Under the pieces are notes generated by a model. It saw only the letters and a program-made list of their open reading frames with translations, searched no databases and had not been told where the DNA came from. This document shows, piece after piece, positions 62,403-64,000 of a DNA stretch of 64,000 bases (position 1 is its first letter; each line of letters opens with the position of its first letter). Position numbers and translations under genes: made by a program. Source of the DNA: Azolla caroliniana (lineage: Eukaryota; Plantae; Polypodiophyta); assembly GCA_043228905.1 (NCBI GenBank), contig JBHGNT010000010.1, positions 9,114,001-9,178,000 of the forward strand. Direction: 5' to 3'.

Positions 62403-64000
62403 CTCTCTCTGTGTGTCTATCTTGCTTATGCACATAGACAGGTTCTTCTTCATCACGAATGTTGCTTGCACTTCCGGATTGACGACCTTGTCCCCAACAT
62501 TTGGTATCAGAGCGTTGGAGGTTCTTAAACCCGCTGCCGTCCGTCATCGTACACCACAACATTCTGTTTTTTGTAACTTCTTGAAGAACAGAGAAGAGAG
62601 AAGACAAACAAAAAGCTCGCATCTCACTGTGTTAAATCACAAATTGGAGTAAGCTAGTCGACTGTACTCTATTCCTTTGATTGTAACTGCTTGAGGGGAG
62701 CTCCTTGAGCAACAACCGACCCAATCGTGCTTCATTCGGTTAAACAACATCCGAATAGGTCACCGGATGCTATTCACCCGCTTGCTGTAACCACCCGTTG
62801 CAGATTGGTCTTCAGGCAACAACCAAATTCATGCTTCACTCGGCTGATCGACATTCGAGAGGATCAGTTGGATCCGTCCCTCTCATCGCTGCAGTCATCC
62901 GAAGCAGAATCGGCCCAAACAATCGGTTCCGTGTAATCAGTATTCAGCATACAATCGGAAGCTAACCGGGCTCACTCCGACTCAACAACATTTGGGAAGA
63001 CCAGCTGGTTCTGTCTCTCAAGTTACCGGAGTCACTCCGAGCAAGTTCAGCAACAAGTATCCGAAACCAAATCGACTCGGGTTCAAAACCAACTAGAACG
63101 ATATCGGGTGAGTTGACCGGCTGCACCCCACTAAGGTTCGTAGTCAACTCCGAACCGGGTCTTCCCAACCGAAACCGAATCAGATGGCATCAACATCCAG
63201 CTCATCGGAAATGATTGTAAGGAGGTTCGACGGTTCGAACTTCAACTTCTGGAAGGAACAAATGCATGACTATCTCATAGTCAAGGGTCAGATAGACCCG
63301 ATTAAGAATGAAAATCCTCCAGAAGCATACTAGGCAAATGAGTGGCTAAAGCTGGACAGAATTGTCCGTACCACGATTCAGATGCACCTATCGGAGTCAA
63401 TGTACTTCATAGTGCAATCATGCACGACAACCTTTGAACCATGGAGAACACTATCGGAAACATATGAAAAGAAGGTCGCGGCAACGAAGATGTATCTGAT
63501 CCGGCGCCTCTACAACTTGTGGATGAAAGAATCCAATTTGGTTCAGGCACACCTCAACGACTATGAAAGCATAAACTCCCAAATCTCGTCTCATGGGACG
63601 GCAATCGAGGATGAACTCAAAGCAATGATACTCATGAGTAGTCTCCCCTCTTCATGGGAAACTTTCGTTACAACCGTGTGCAATGCTTCAACAACTGCCA
63701 TTAAGTACTCCGAAGTCACGAGCGCAATCCTGACTGAAGCAGCTCGGAGAAAGACTTTCACCAAAGACTCGGCAGATGAAGCTTACATAGTACAAGGTTC
63801 GACCGACCAATCGAACAACCAGGGAAGAAGTTCTTCCGGACCGCCGAACAATCAGCGAATCCGGAGCAAGTCCTAGGACAACCGAATTTTGAACTACTGC
63901 AAGAAACCAGGACACATCAAAGCCGACTGTTGGGCACTCAAAGCAAAAACCAACAAAGCTTAGAGAGCAGATCAAAAGAGTAGCCGGCATGAGGAGGTCA
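59860..64000 (+). mobile_element. Tnt1/Tork-like Copia 'H': 5' LTR about 59860-62499 (interrupted by a LINE), PBS iMet 62502-62513, gag from 63184; runs off the window
   Basis: CCCCAACA-TT-TGGTATCAGAGC; FDGSNFNFWK, LMSSLPSSWE, NYCKKPGHIKADC; LTR start approximate. Confidence 0.82.
60058..62400 (+). mobile_element. 5'-truncated RTE LINE (copy 2) with an uninterrupted RT-zinc-finger frame to 62182 and a (TTTC)n tail
   Basis: PIHKGGD, YRTI, QAGFRR, FVDFRKAFD, QGCPLSP, YADD, YLG, CRLC..EYH..C; no endonuclease domain. Confidence 0.92.

Overview
This window is plant nuclear DNA, most likely from a non-seed plant such as a fern. That is inferred from the Tcn1/Tf1-type chromoviruses and a Sola-like element. 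About 85% of it is nested transposable elements. Only two host genes are visible: a spliced DUF604/fringe-like glycosyltransferase (minus strand, exons 2691-1732 and 1644-1102, last exon not found) and an intronless acyl-CoA-binding-domain gene (52230-52646, minus). A Copia element bounded by a GGGTC target-site duplication (TSD) has been expanded to 31.6 kb (4876-36463) by five levels of LTR-retrotransposon nesting. It also holds a terminal-inverted-repeat (TIR) element with a 4-bp TSD, an RTE LINE and a Tnt1-like Copia. The rest of the window holds further Gypsy and Copia elements, solo LTRs, RTE LINEs and an L1 remnant. The most striking feature is that ten LTR copies from two Gypsy lineages carry a tRNA-like Pol III A-box/B-box cassette with canonical spacing, always in U3 and always antisense. 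The chromoviruses also show Tf1-type self-priming complementarity, a covarying -1 frameshift pseudoknot and heat-shock-element arrays. A non-autonomous PBS-Trp lineage appears to insert at CG-centred 4-bp sites. All coordinates were read by eye.
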